Source of the DNA: an uncultured Planctomycetota bacterium
GTDB taxonomy: Bacteria; Planctomycetota; Planctomycetia; Isosphaerales; Isosphaeraceae
Reading direction: 5' to 3'
NCBI GenBank assembly: GCA_963823665.1
Contig: CAWGMQ010000008.1
Span: 2,016,001 to 2,080,000, forward strand
DNA: 64,000 nucleotides
Below, piece after piece: positions 42,521 through 52,054 of this stretch. The notes below the pieces were generated by a model. The model had not been told where the DNA came from. It searched no databases and saw only the letters and a list, made by a program, of their open reading frames with translations. Within the stretch, counting starts at the first letter, position 1; each line of letters starts with the position of its first letter. Both the position numbers and the translations under genes were made by a program.

Positions 42521-42860
42521 GATGGTTTCCTCTTGGTCGTCGTGATGATCCAGTCTTGCCCAGGATCCCTCGTCAGCCCACAACCGACGATCGAGCAAGT
42601 CTCTTTAAACAAGACGATCTACAAAACGGTCAAATTTTTTGCGCCCGGTCCCCCGAATTCCCCGGATTTTCCTGGGGTGGTGGCCGGATGCGCCGGTCGT
42701 AACGATGGCGGAAAAGAATTGGTCAAGCATGGTGCGAAAATGCCGCTCCCGGGCCAGCGAAACTTCGGCCGCATGTCTCACGGGCATGCCACGACCGTGG
42801 CGCCATCCGTAACACCAAAGGCGACTTGAGTTTCCGATCTCATCGAAGGCCTTTCACCCG

Positions 42861-42887
42861 TGATAATATTTGATAATCTATGATAAT
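42861..42887 (+). repeat. Three TGATAAT direct repeats at 10-bp period
   Basis: tgataatatt tgataatcta tgataat. Confidence 0.8.
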
Positions 42888-43431
42888 CCACGCGCGAAAT
42901 TATTCTTGGGGAGTCCTCCCGCCACGGAGCAAAATGATCACTCTTGATCCCAAAACAAAGCTCTCTTCCGATCCCCCCGCGCGCGCTTCTGACCCCGGGC
43001 ACTAGACATGCCGTCGCACCCACGACGGTGTGGTAAATGACGCGATCGAGTCTGACGTCAAAGGATCGGCTGACGCTCATCGGGATTGAAGATTGGAAAA
43101 AGACATCTCGCAATGTGGTAATGGATGAGATGAGACCAGATTCGAGCCACGGACCAACCAGCATGGTTGCCCAGGCTTCGGTCGGCGTCGCGACGCCACA
43201 CCGTTTGTCCGCGACGACGACGCACTGTCCCCCTGCTAATATTATGCGTCGGTTTTGGGAATTGGCCATTTCTCGATCGCGGTTGTGAACTTTTCTAGAA
43301 AGCGCAAGCTCAATCGCCGTACGGGATTAACTGCCGATTTGGGGTGGAACATTTACACTTCAGATGAGCCCGTTCAACACGCTTTGAAAGGTGCCGCGCA
43401 CGACATGGCGCGCACCACACCGGCGCCTCCA

Positions 43432-44616
43432 CTAAACCCGAACGCCCGCACCCATGCGCGCGAGCCGCGCCAGCTCGCTTCTGGGCCCCGGGTCGTTGGG
43501 CAGCAGGCGGGCCGCTTGCTCGCACGCGGCCCTCGCCTCCGTCAGCCGTTTGCCATCGGCAAGGGCGTAGCTCAGGTTGAAAAAAGTCGGGCCATAGTTC
43601 GGCCGATACCGCAGTGACTGCCGATACACCACCACCGCTTCCTCTCATGCCCAAATTGATGCTCGAAAACTGGAATGCGCCGCTAGCCCCGTCGTCGAGC
43701 AGAGCCATATACGCATCGCGGGCCTCGGCCAGTCGGCCCAGCTCTTGCAGTGTACCGGCCTCGCGGAACCGAAGCTCCACGTCGTGCGGCTGAAACTTCA
43801 GGCCCTGCCGGCAGGCCGCGAGCGCTTCCTCGGGCCGCTTTTGCTGCATCTCGGCCAACGCCAATAACGCAAAGGCCTTCTTCACGTGGGAATGGTGAGG
43901 CGGGGAGACGGCGAGGCTGCGGCGCAGGTAGTCAGCCGCATCCGCGGGACGGTTCAGGTGAAGCTGCGTCATCCCCAAGTTAAAGAGCGTAAACGGGTGC
44001 TCGGGCCGCTCGGCCAGCTCAAGTAACAGCAGCCGCATGTCGCGCTTCAGTTTCTTCGCCTGCCCGGCGGGGCTTCAATCGGACCCGGAGTGAACGACGT
44101 GCAGCTTGGTCACGGCAACGCGGGCGTTCATCCTGTTGATCGCGGGCAGAATCTGTTCGTGCATTCGCCCGTCAAACCGCAATTTCGGCAGGTTGCGAAA
44201 CAGCTTGACGTGATCAACGGCGCCACATCGTCGTGCTTGCGATGGACTCCAGGATCACACGCCAGCGGGAGCCATGAAGCGGATCGAACACCGATGCCGC
44301 GGAGTAGATCGACCCCGTCTCGCTGGGCCGCAAACACCAGATCAAACCGCGGCGCCTTTTCAAGGCAGCGGTCGAAATCGAGGTGAGTATCGATTGCCCA
44401 GAAAGCGCTCGGCCTGCACTCCGGCCGCAGGTGATAGCGCAGGCCGTCATCGATGTTCAGGTAGAGATCGAAGCCGGTGCGAGGCATACGCTCGAGCTCG
44501 TGAGGCTGAAAATGCTGAACCTCGACGAAGCGCTCGAGCGCGCGGTGGCAATAAACGCCGGCAGTTTCCGGCCGCAGGTTGGTATCGAAGATGATGGCGA
44601 CGCGTTGGATTTCCAT
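43432..44616 (-). pseudogene. Internally deleted multi-domain glycosyltransferase (CgeB-like N-terminus, GT2 C-terminus, TPRs)
   Basis: 'WAIDTHL...FAAQRD...WLPLACDP' joined to 'VKLFRN...FDGRMHEQI', then TPRs 'PFTLFNLG'; junctions near 44220 and 43640 and an in-frame stop. Confidence 0.7.
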
Positions 44617-44730
44617 GGCTGTGGTCCGCAGAGTGGGGTGATCAAGGGAGAAGACGTCGGTCCGCAAGTGGACGGTCAGGAATTCAGCTCATCTTCGGGT
44701 GAAGGCGAAATTGGAGAATTCGGAACTTGG

Positions 44731-44930
44731 TCCGCAGATGACGCAGAGGAACGCAGATAAAGCCGGATCAGACTCTCAGGGACGACTTGAGCGAATGCTG
44801 ACGCGGCCGTGTCGCTCGAAAGTCAAATCCCCGGTCCGCAAATGGCGATCAGCTCAGATCAAAAAACGAGTCACTCGCAAGCGGAAGCGTCGCTTCGATT
44901 TCATCTGCGTCTATTTGCGTCCTCTGCGGA
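44731..44930. repeat. MITE-like unit of about 200 bp bounded by inverted CCGCAGA-N-ACGCAGAT repeats
   Basis: 44732-44758 is an imperfect reverse complement of 44903-44929; a third related copy lies at 47201-47228. Confidence 0.6.
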
Positions 44931-44961
44931 CAGATGTCTTCTTTCCGCCCTCTCCGCTCAC

Positions 44962-47023
44962 TCACCCGCGGACCCGTTCTCTCAGCAGCGGCCGCCAATA
45001 CCGCTTGATGACATCCGGCCACATGAAGTCTTCTTCAAACCGCCTGCGCCCCGCCAACCCCATGCCAACCCCAAGCTGAGGCTCATCCAGCAACCGCCCA
45101 ATCTTCTCAGCCAGATCAAACGCATTCCCCGGCTCAAACAGCAGCCCGGTGAGTCCATCACTCACCGTATACGGCAACCCCCCAATCCGGCTGGCGATCA
45201 CGGGTTTACCTGCCGCCATTGCCTCAACCGAAGTAATGCTCAGCGCATCCTGAGCAATCGTGGGCACCAAACAAATATCCGCGTTCCGATAATGCCCGGG
45301 CAATTCATCCTGGGAGCACCACCCAACGGAACGGGTAAACTCATCAATCGGCCCCGCCGGATCAAACGTGACCACCAGTTCAAAGTCATTCCGAGTCTCG
45401 CGCAAAATCCGGCAAGCCTCGTGAGCGACATGAAAACCCTTGATCACTTCACCCGCGACGGCCGCCATAAAGAGCGTGGCCTTGGCCCCCGCACTCCCAT
45501 CTTCCTGTTGGGCGCGGGTCTCCCGACCCCGCCCGTGGCGTGACCGAAGGTCTCCCGCTTCCCCCGCGTCCCGGATGCCCGCAGTGACGTCTTCTGTGCC
45601 ACCGTTGACGCCAGTGTCATCCCCCAACCCCGTCACGATCCGCAGGCCAAGGAAACCGCGCCGGATCAATCCCCCACGGCACGATGCAAACACGGCGTGC
45701 GAATGGCTCGAGGAGTGCGGCTGTGATCGGATTGAGCACGAGCACGGCCTCGGCGTCGTAGAACATCTGGCGCATGAGGGTGTCGTATTCAGGCGTCCCG
45801 ACTCCGGCGAGGGCGCGTTCCACCTGGTGAAGGGCACCCGAAGGCTGGCCCCGTTCGGCGAGGCACTGGTGGCACACGTGTGGAGTGGCGAGCTGATTCC
45901 TGGGGCATTGCTCGGCCTTCACCGGCCCGATGCCAAGCAGTCTCAGGTTGTTGAGCGGGCACAGGCATTCCTGCGCCTGCATGAGCAAGATGGTCGGATA
46001 CCCGCGCATGGCCTCGGCCAGGTGAGGCTTCATATTCCAGGTGTCGGAGATCACCACATAGTCCGGTGCAAACCCATCCACCGCCGCCCGAAACCGCTCC
46101 CGAATCGAACCAACACTCCACTCCCGCTCAGAAAACTCAATCCCCTCGCTATTGGCTGTTGCCGTTGTTCGGCGCGGGTCTCCGACCCCGTCGTCTCCCT
46201 GACCGAAGGTCTCCGCCTTTCCTCCGCTCTCCGTCCTCCGCCCTCCGTCCTGATTCCCGCTCGCTGTTCGGCGCGGGTCTCCGACTTCGCCGTCTCCCTG
46301 ACCGAAGGTCTCCGCCATTCCTCCGCCCTCCGTCCTCCGCTCTCCGTCCTGTCGCGTGTCTCGTCCGATCCCCCAAGCCGGGTACCGTGCATAGAAGTGC
46401 CGCACCTCGAACCCATCGCGCCCGAGGAAGTCAACCAACCCCGCCGTATGCATATTGCCGCCACCAGTCGACGGCCAGTTAAACAGCAAGCTGACCACAG
46501 CCACGCGCACCGGGCGCGGCTCGCGCGCCTCCGGCTCCCCGCCATTCGAATTTCGAACTTCGAGTCTCGAATTTCCGTGCGCAGTCGACCAGCTCATTTC
46601 CGCGCGAACAAGCCCAAAGTTGAGCCGCGCCGGCAGACACGCCTCATCGGCTTCAACCACGCCGCGCCATTGCTCGCAAGCCTCGTCAAACTTGCCCCCC
46701 ATCGCTTCAAGAACCGCGAGATCATTCTGAACGAGCGCCCGAAGCCGCGGGCTTGTGCCTTTTTGGAAGCCGTGCGCGAGCCGCAAATAACCAGCCCGAG
46801 CGTCATCATACCGCCCCGCGCGTGCCAGCTCGCAAGCCTTCCAATACCCACCCGGCAGCCCATTCCTGGCACCGCTCGCCGCGCCATATCCCATGGCCAC
46901 CTGCGGCTCGTTCGCCTTCTTCTCACCCCTCCCAGATGCCTTCCCGCGCTTAGACACCGCTGCCCCCGACCAATTTTGGACTTTGGGTTGCTGAGCCCAA
47001 TCTGCGATTCGGTCCAACTCCAC
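44962..47023 (-). CDS. TPR plus GT4 (GT-B) glycosyltransferase with in-frame repeat insertions; frameshift near 45620
   Basis: 'FNWPSTGGG', Cys cluster 'CLCP...C...CHQC', 'EAMAAGKPVIASRIGG'; start uncertain. Confidence 0.75.
45506..45556 (+). repeat. REP-like element GGCGCGGGTCTCC-GACCCCGCC...GACCGAAGGTCTCC
   Basis: Further copies at 46166-46214 and 46265-46313. Confidence 0.85.
46166..46350 (+). repeat. Tandem 99-bp units (REP-like element plus CTCCGYC heptamers), in frame in the GT4 gene
   Basis: Units start at 46166 and 46265; encode 'ETFGQGDxxVGDPRRT' twice. Confidence 0.85.
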
Positions 47024-47294
47024 GGTTCCTTCGACGGCCCTTTCGGCATCGCCCGGGTCAGTGACAACCCAGGCCCAGATCGATCCGTTCCGTCCCTTCC
47101 CCCGAATTCATTCGTGAGGATTCGCCCCATTCGTGGTCAACCAGTATTTCAGTCCTGCATCTTCCCGGCACCCTCGAATCTTCCTCGCCCGTGCCAATTC
47201 ATCTGCGCCCCATCGGCGTCATCTGCGGACAAATCTCCGTTCTCCATCGCTTTCTCATCCCCGTCCAACCACTTATCCGGCATCTTCCGTTCGC

Positions 47295-47678
47295 TCAAGT
47301 CGGTTCCTTCTGCGGACTGGGCCAGTTCGCCAGCGCATCCTTCAGCGCCCCGATCGCCAGCGCCGGGCAATGCAGCTTATCCGGCGGCACTCCGTCCAGT
47401 GCCTCGATCAGATTCTCGACCGTCAGCTTCCAGCATTCTGCGATCGATTTCCCTTTGATCATCTCCGTCAGCATCGACCCACTCGCAATGGTCGGCCCGC
47501 AACCGACTGTGTGGTATTTCGCCGACGCGATTCGCTCGTCCTCAACCCTCAAATAAAGGATCATGAACGCCCCTCGACCTGGCGCGCCAGCATGGCCGGT
47601 CAGGTCGGGGTTCTCGATCGCCCCACCGTTTCGGGGCGACATGACGTGCTCTGTCAGTGTTTCGGAGTACTTCCCCAT
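47295..47678 (-). CDS. IscU/NifU-N-like protein lacking the first Cys
   Basis: 'EHVMSPRNGG', 'GAPGRGA' in place of GAPACGD, 'GCGPTIAS', 'VPPDKLHC'. Confidence 0.85.
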   Translation of the reverse strand: MGKYSETLTEHVMSPRNGGAIENPDLTGHAGAPGRGAFMILYLRVEDERIASAKYHTVGCGPTIASGSMLTEMIKGKSIAECWKLTVENLIEALDGVPPDKLHCPALAIGALKDALANWPSPQKEPT

Positions 47679-47696
47679 CTGCGAATTCCAACCTTC

Positions 47697-47945
47697 CCTG
47701 TACCAAGCAGCGACGGCCTTCCCCACATTAGTGCAAGGTCAGCGCACACATTGGACCTTTCGAGGACTGCTCAACGTTCACTCGTGTTACGGCCTGCCTG
47801 CTCGCTGCATCGCCAAAGCGACACATCTGTCTCGAAGGCGCCGACGGTTTCGTTACCTCCACCGCCGCTCCGATAGCTACCGGCTGGAGCCACCCAGTTG
47901 CCGGGTGGGAATCACACCCACTGAAGACCAACATGCACAGCGCTC
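47697..47945 (-). ncRNA. Group II intron 5' (domain I) relic
   Basis: - strand GAGCGC...CAGTGGGTGTGATTCCCACCCGGCAAC...CTCCAGCCGGTAGC...GGAGGTAACGAA...GGGGAAGGC resembles bacterial group II intron 5' regions (from recall); no RT ORF. Confidence 0.65.
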
Positions 47946-47976
47946 AATAGGTCTGACCCCAGGCACGAGGACGATC

Positions 47977-48051
47977 TGAACCACAACGGTAAGGACCCGT
48001 ATGCCCTGTGGTGTGGGTGAGGTCGAGCCGCGATTAACGCCCTATCCCGAA
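47977..48051 (+). ncRNA. Group IIC intron 3' end (domains V-VI) relic
   Basis: GAACC..CGGTAAGGACCCGTATGCCCTGTGGTGTGGG...CCCTATCCCGA resembles the IIC DV/DVI consensus, with a degenerate catalytic triad. Confidence 0.6.
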
Positions 48052-48089
48052 CAACCTCGAACGACTTGTGAATTGGGCACACATCTCCT

Positions 48090-48482
48090 CTATTCTCCGC
48101 GAATCACTTCCTGAACTTTGCCCTCCGGGCTGATCAGCACCACGCAAGATCCCCCTGGAACCGCCGGACGACGGGACACCTTTACGCGCCACCCAGAGTC
48201 AGCCTGGCTCGCCTCTGCATCCGCGTCTCGCTGAGCAGACCCGCTCAATTGTTCGACGTACTCGCGTGCGATGGCAATCGCTTCCGCTTCGTCGATGGGG
48301 TTCCGTCCTTCAGGACGTGATGGCTTGGATCCTTCGCGAGTTGCGGACCCGCCCGTTTGACCCCGATCCCCCTGCGTGCACGCGCACAAACTCGCGGCGT
48401 AGATCGCTCCTATGACAGTCGCATTTTCCCATGCGGGGCTGAGGCCTCGCCACCACACCCGACTGTTCCATTTGTTGCTCAT
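48090..48482 (-). CDS. Putative lipoprotein with a small PepSY/NTF2-immunity-like domain
   Basis: Lipobox-like 'SLCAC'; 'EAEAIAIARE...WRVKV...GGSCVVLISPEGKV'. Confidence 0.5.
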   Translation of the reverse strand: MSNKWNSRVWWRGLSPAWENATVIGAIYAASLCACTQGDRGQTGGSATREGSKPSRPEGRNPIDEAEAIAIAREYVEQLSGSAQRDADAEASQADSGWRVKVSRRPAVPGGSCVVLISPEGKVQEVIRGE

Positions 48483-48822
48483 GTGCAGCCCACCCTTGAG
48501 TGACATTCCGCCATGCAGCTGATCTGCTGCTGTTTAAGGCGGATATCGTACTCGACAAGACAGAAGATTTTCTCCGCGCCGGCGAACGAATCACACTCGT
48601 CACGTTTACTTCTTAATGCACTTGAGACCAGCTCTGGCCCCGGCGCACTCCTCGGTCGCAGGGTCCTTGCCACGGCGAAACGGCGGACGGTGCAGTCCAG
48701 CCGTGGGACAGTCTGTGTCGTCCAAGTGCGTTCGCTCGTGTTCCAACGTACACTCCCATTGGAAGCTATATTTCGTGGTCGGCCACCATGCACAAATATA
48801 CTTGCGACGTAACCGTCCGGTG

Positions 48823-50421
48823 TGTAGTGGTTCAGCGTGAAATGGAATTCCCGGATTGCGTCGTTAGCTACTGGTGGAGAAACGATTGAGTGGAACGATT
48901 TAGCGCATTGGTACCAATCCCGAAGCTGAGGTGAGGGGCGGCTTCCTGCCGCCCTTCCTTCGGTCTTGGTCCCTGGAACGGCGCTCAGGTCGTGTCGCCA
49001 CGGAGCCCTATCCTCCGCCCAGGCCATCGGCCATCGTAGATCCATTCGATGAGGCTGACAACTGCTGCGCCCTTCGTCAACCGACCTGACGCTGCTGGGC
49101 ACGGACTTCTTTTCGGCGACTCCTTGCCGCCTCGAGTTTGCGATCTCGGTCAGCAAAGATATGCTTGTCTTGACCGCACATCTTGGCCAGTGGTGTTACG
49201 TAGCCGATTGCACTATGAAGCCGCACCTCGTTGTAGTGCCGCACATAGCCCTCGACCAAGCGGATGGCATCCTCCACTGAAAGAGGTGTTCCCGGACGAA
49301 TGCATTCTGACTTGATCGAACGATGCCATCGCTCGATCTTGCCATTACTCTGGGGATAGTACGGTGAGGTTCTCACGTGCGTCATACCGCAGATGCGGAT
49401 GAATTCCTTGAAATCTCGAGCAATGAACTGAGGTCCGTTGTCGCTGATGATCCGGGGAGACACCCCGGGATATTGCTCGAGAGCTCGCTGGATAATTGTT
49501 TCGACGTCGTCTTCTTCCATCTTGGGCCGGATCTCCCAGTGCACGATCGACCGGCTGTAGCCGTCGAGCAAACTGCAAAGGAAGAAAAAGGTGCCGAGGA
49601 CGTTGATATAGGCAATGTCGATGTGCCAGTGCTCGTGCGGACCGAGCGGTTGCTGGAACCCTGTTCCTTTGAGCGAAGGCTTGATGTTGTGGCGGTTCAT
49701 TAGACCGGCGTCGCTGAGCACTCGGTACACGCTGGAAGGGCTGGTCGCAACAACGTCGGCATCGAGCATCATGAACGTAAGCCTGCGGTAACCCTCAAGC
49801 GGATTCTTGTCGTGAAACTCGATGATCGCCTGCTTTTCCCAGTCTTCGAGCCACCAATCGCGGGGAATCCAACCGTTGTGCTCGTTGACTTTGCCGTAAC
49901 GTTTTCGCCAGTCGTGGAACTTGCTCAGGCTGAAACCGATCCACTGGACGATTTGCTTGGCCGGGATTTCCGTCCGGTCCGACCAATAGCGAACGTAGTC
50001 GACGATCTGGTCACGAGTGTCGTGGGGAACCCAGGCTCCGGTCAGAGCTCCCCAAGAACTTTTTTTAGATTGACGTGCTCTTCCAGCAGCTCGGACACGA
50101 CCTCGTTCTTGCGCTGCAGTTTATCCTGAAGAGCAGCGATTCTGCGCTCCTGGTGCTTCTCCGGTGCCGAGCGAGTCTGCCCAAAGGCTGCGGCCCCGTT
50201 CTCGAACAACTGTTTCTGCCAGTTGTAGAACATCGATGGCTGGATGTCGTACTGATCGCAAAGATCAGAGACGGGGATACGCTCGATGAGATGGCGTCGC
50301 AGGATGGCAACTTTCTCGACCGCATCGTAGTGCTTACGTGGCTTGCTCATGGAAGACCTCCCATTCGAGTTATAAGCTAACTCGAAACCGCGGTCATTCC
50401 ATTTCCAACTGATTCAAAACA
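48823..50421 (-). mobile_element. IS3-family element, complete (1599 bp), no target duplication
   Basis: Near-identical to 21699..23297; orfA 50042..50350, orfB ending at 49077; flanks GGTG / CTTG. Confidence 0.95.
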
Positions 50422-51057
50422 CTTGGGGCTCCCGAAGCGCTTTGCCGACGATTCCATAAAGGCACTGGGCGGCTGCCTCCAAGACTGGGCGCGATACCTA
50501 CAAATCGATGCGCTCTGATTTGATGAAGGCTCGATCCTGGCTGGCCTAGGAACAGACCTGCGAGGCAGGGTCATGCTCCGATGAAGATGTTGAACCGTCC
50601 CCGGGAAGACTGCCGAGCGTCATCGGTCGGCACGGTCGGCGGTCAGCGTAAACAGCTTTTGGCTTGGATTAGTGCCTCGGCAGATTTCGCTTTTGGATAT
50701 CCTTGATCGCGTCCCAAGTGAGCGGTTTCGTAGGGTCGGATGATCGAGTTGAACGTCTGAGACTTGCTGCTTCGGTCCGACGACACCGACGCGCGCATGA
50801 TGCCGCACGCGACGACGGAAAAGAGCTCGAGTCATCAATCGACTTGAGGAGCGAGCCGCGGTGCTCGTCCTCGGGGCCAGTCAACCAAACCTGCGATTGT
50901 ATTACCTCTCGCTCGTCGCCGCTGCCCTCTCGAGTTGCCATGCCTTTCTGACTGAAGAACGTGCAAGAGCGGCGGCTCCGGGACTTACCACCGTGACGCA
51001 CGTGGTACACGAACCGGGCGAAATCACCTGGTCTCACATGCAACACGGGGCGTCGTG

Positions 51058-51155
51058 CAGGACGTCTTCGAGCGTCACCCGCTGTTCCCAGCCAGAAATG
51101 CCCGAGGTGTGCGACAGGATGTGCCGGACCAGTGCGCCCGATTTGCCAGCGGCGC
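51058..51155 (-). pseudogene. Fragment of a beta-lactamase-family serine hydrolase
   Basis: Manual translation AAGKSGALVRHILSHTSGISGWEQRVTLEDV ('LSHTSG' motif). Confidence 0.55.
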
Positions 51156-51164
51156 AGGCACCAC

Positions 51165-51782
51165 TTACGGATGAGGTTTGCCGCCGAGCAAGCCAGGCGG
51201 GCATATCGCTAAGCTGAGCTGGACCACCTCGTCGCCGTCGAAATAGCCGTCATGATCTCGGTCGAAACTTCGGACGAAGGACAGGTCGACCTCCCGGAAG
51301 TAACAGCCGAAGGGGGTAAGTAAGCTCGCCACGCTTGTGAACGTGCGATCGGGCCCGTTGCAATCTCTGAGCATGCGGAGCGCTTCCTGGACGGTTCCGC
51401 ATTCTTTGAGCACGCGATCCAGGAGATTGAGGCTGACCAGATCCAGAGTGCTCTTGCCCGGGCCAGCCGAGGGACGTCGGGCGAGGGGATTCTGGGCCGT
51501 GGCATCGATGAAGAGTCCTGCGTCGTTCATACCTCCCTGCACACCGCCGAAGCGGAACCCGAAGACCACTCGACCATGTGCGCCTGGGGCCGCGGCGACG
51601 AATCGGAGCCGAGAGTGGCTGTCAATCCAGTCCTCGTTGTTCCCCACGAGAACTTGTCCCCCACGGCATGTCGTGAAAATCGTGCAGGCCCTTCCGGAAT
51701 CCGTGCACGAAAAGAATACGCAGAAGATCATCAAGGCCCCACGGGTACCATACGGCATATTCCATCCCTTCCACTGTTTCAC
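51165..51782 (-). pseudogene. Ntn-hydrolase (C59/C45-like) N-terminal part, fused to unrelated sequence after about 51340
   Basis: Signal peptide then 'CTIF...LVGNNEDW', 'GGMNDAGL', 'CGTVQEAL'; too short for the family. Confidence 0.6.
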
Positions 51783-52054
51783 TTGACTACCAAAGCCTCC
51801 CGTTGAGGATTCGTTCCGGACGGTAACTTATTCTCGGGAGTTTGTTCAACGAACAAGGCTTCAGGCACGCCGAGGCCAGCAGGTTCGCACCCAGAACCGC
51901 TTCGTCAGAAACGCACGCGACGAAGGTCATCGGTGGATCGAAATCGTCGCCGTTCGGGTCCGCCACGGTTCAGGTCGTGGCCTCAGGGCCGCGCGACGCA
52001 AGCAATGGAATCGCCTGCTGACCAATAGCTCGTCAATCCGGGCCCACTCGGGCA

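Noticed and set aside
46166..46350. CRISPR array
   Set aside because: Only two units, the intervening sequences are similar rather than unique, and there are no cas genes
45440..47458. 672-aa + strand ORF (similarly 41543..42829, 57937..58965, 62099..63571)
   Set aside because: Antisense shadows of real genes in GC-rich DNA, with no recognisable motifs
47697..48051. Active retroelement, DGR or retron
   Set aside because: No reverse transcriptase ORF and no TR/VR pair in the window
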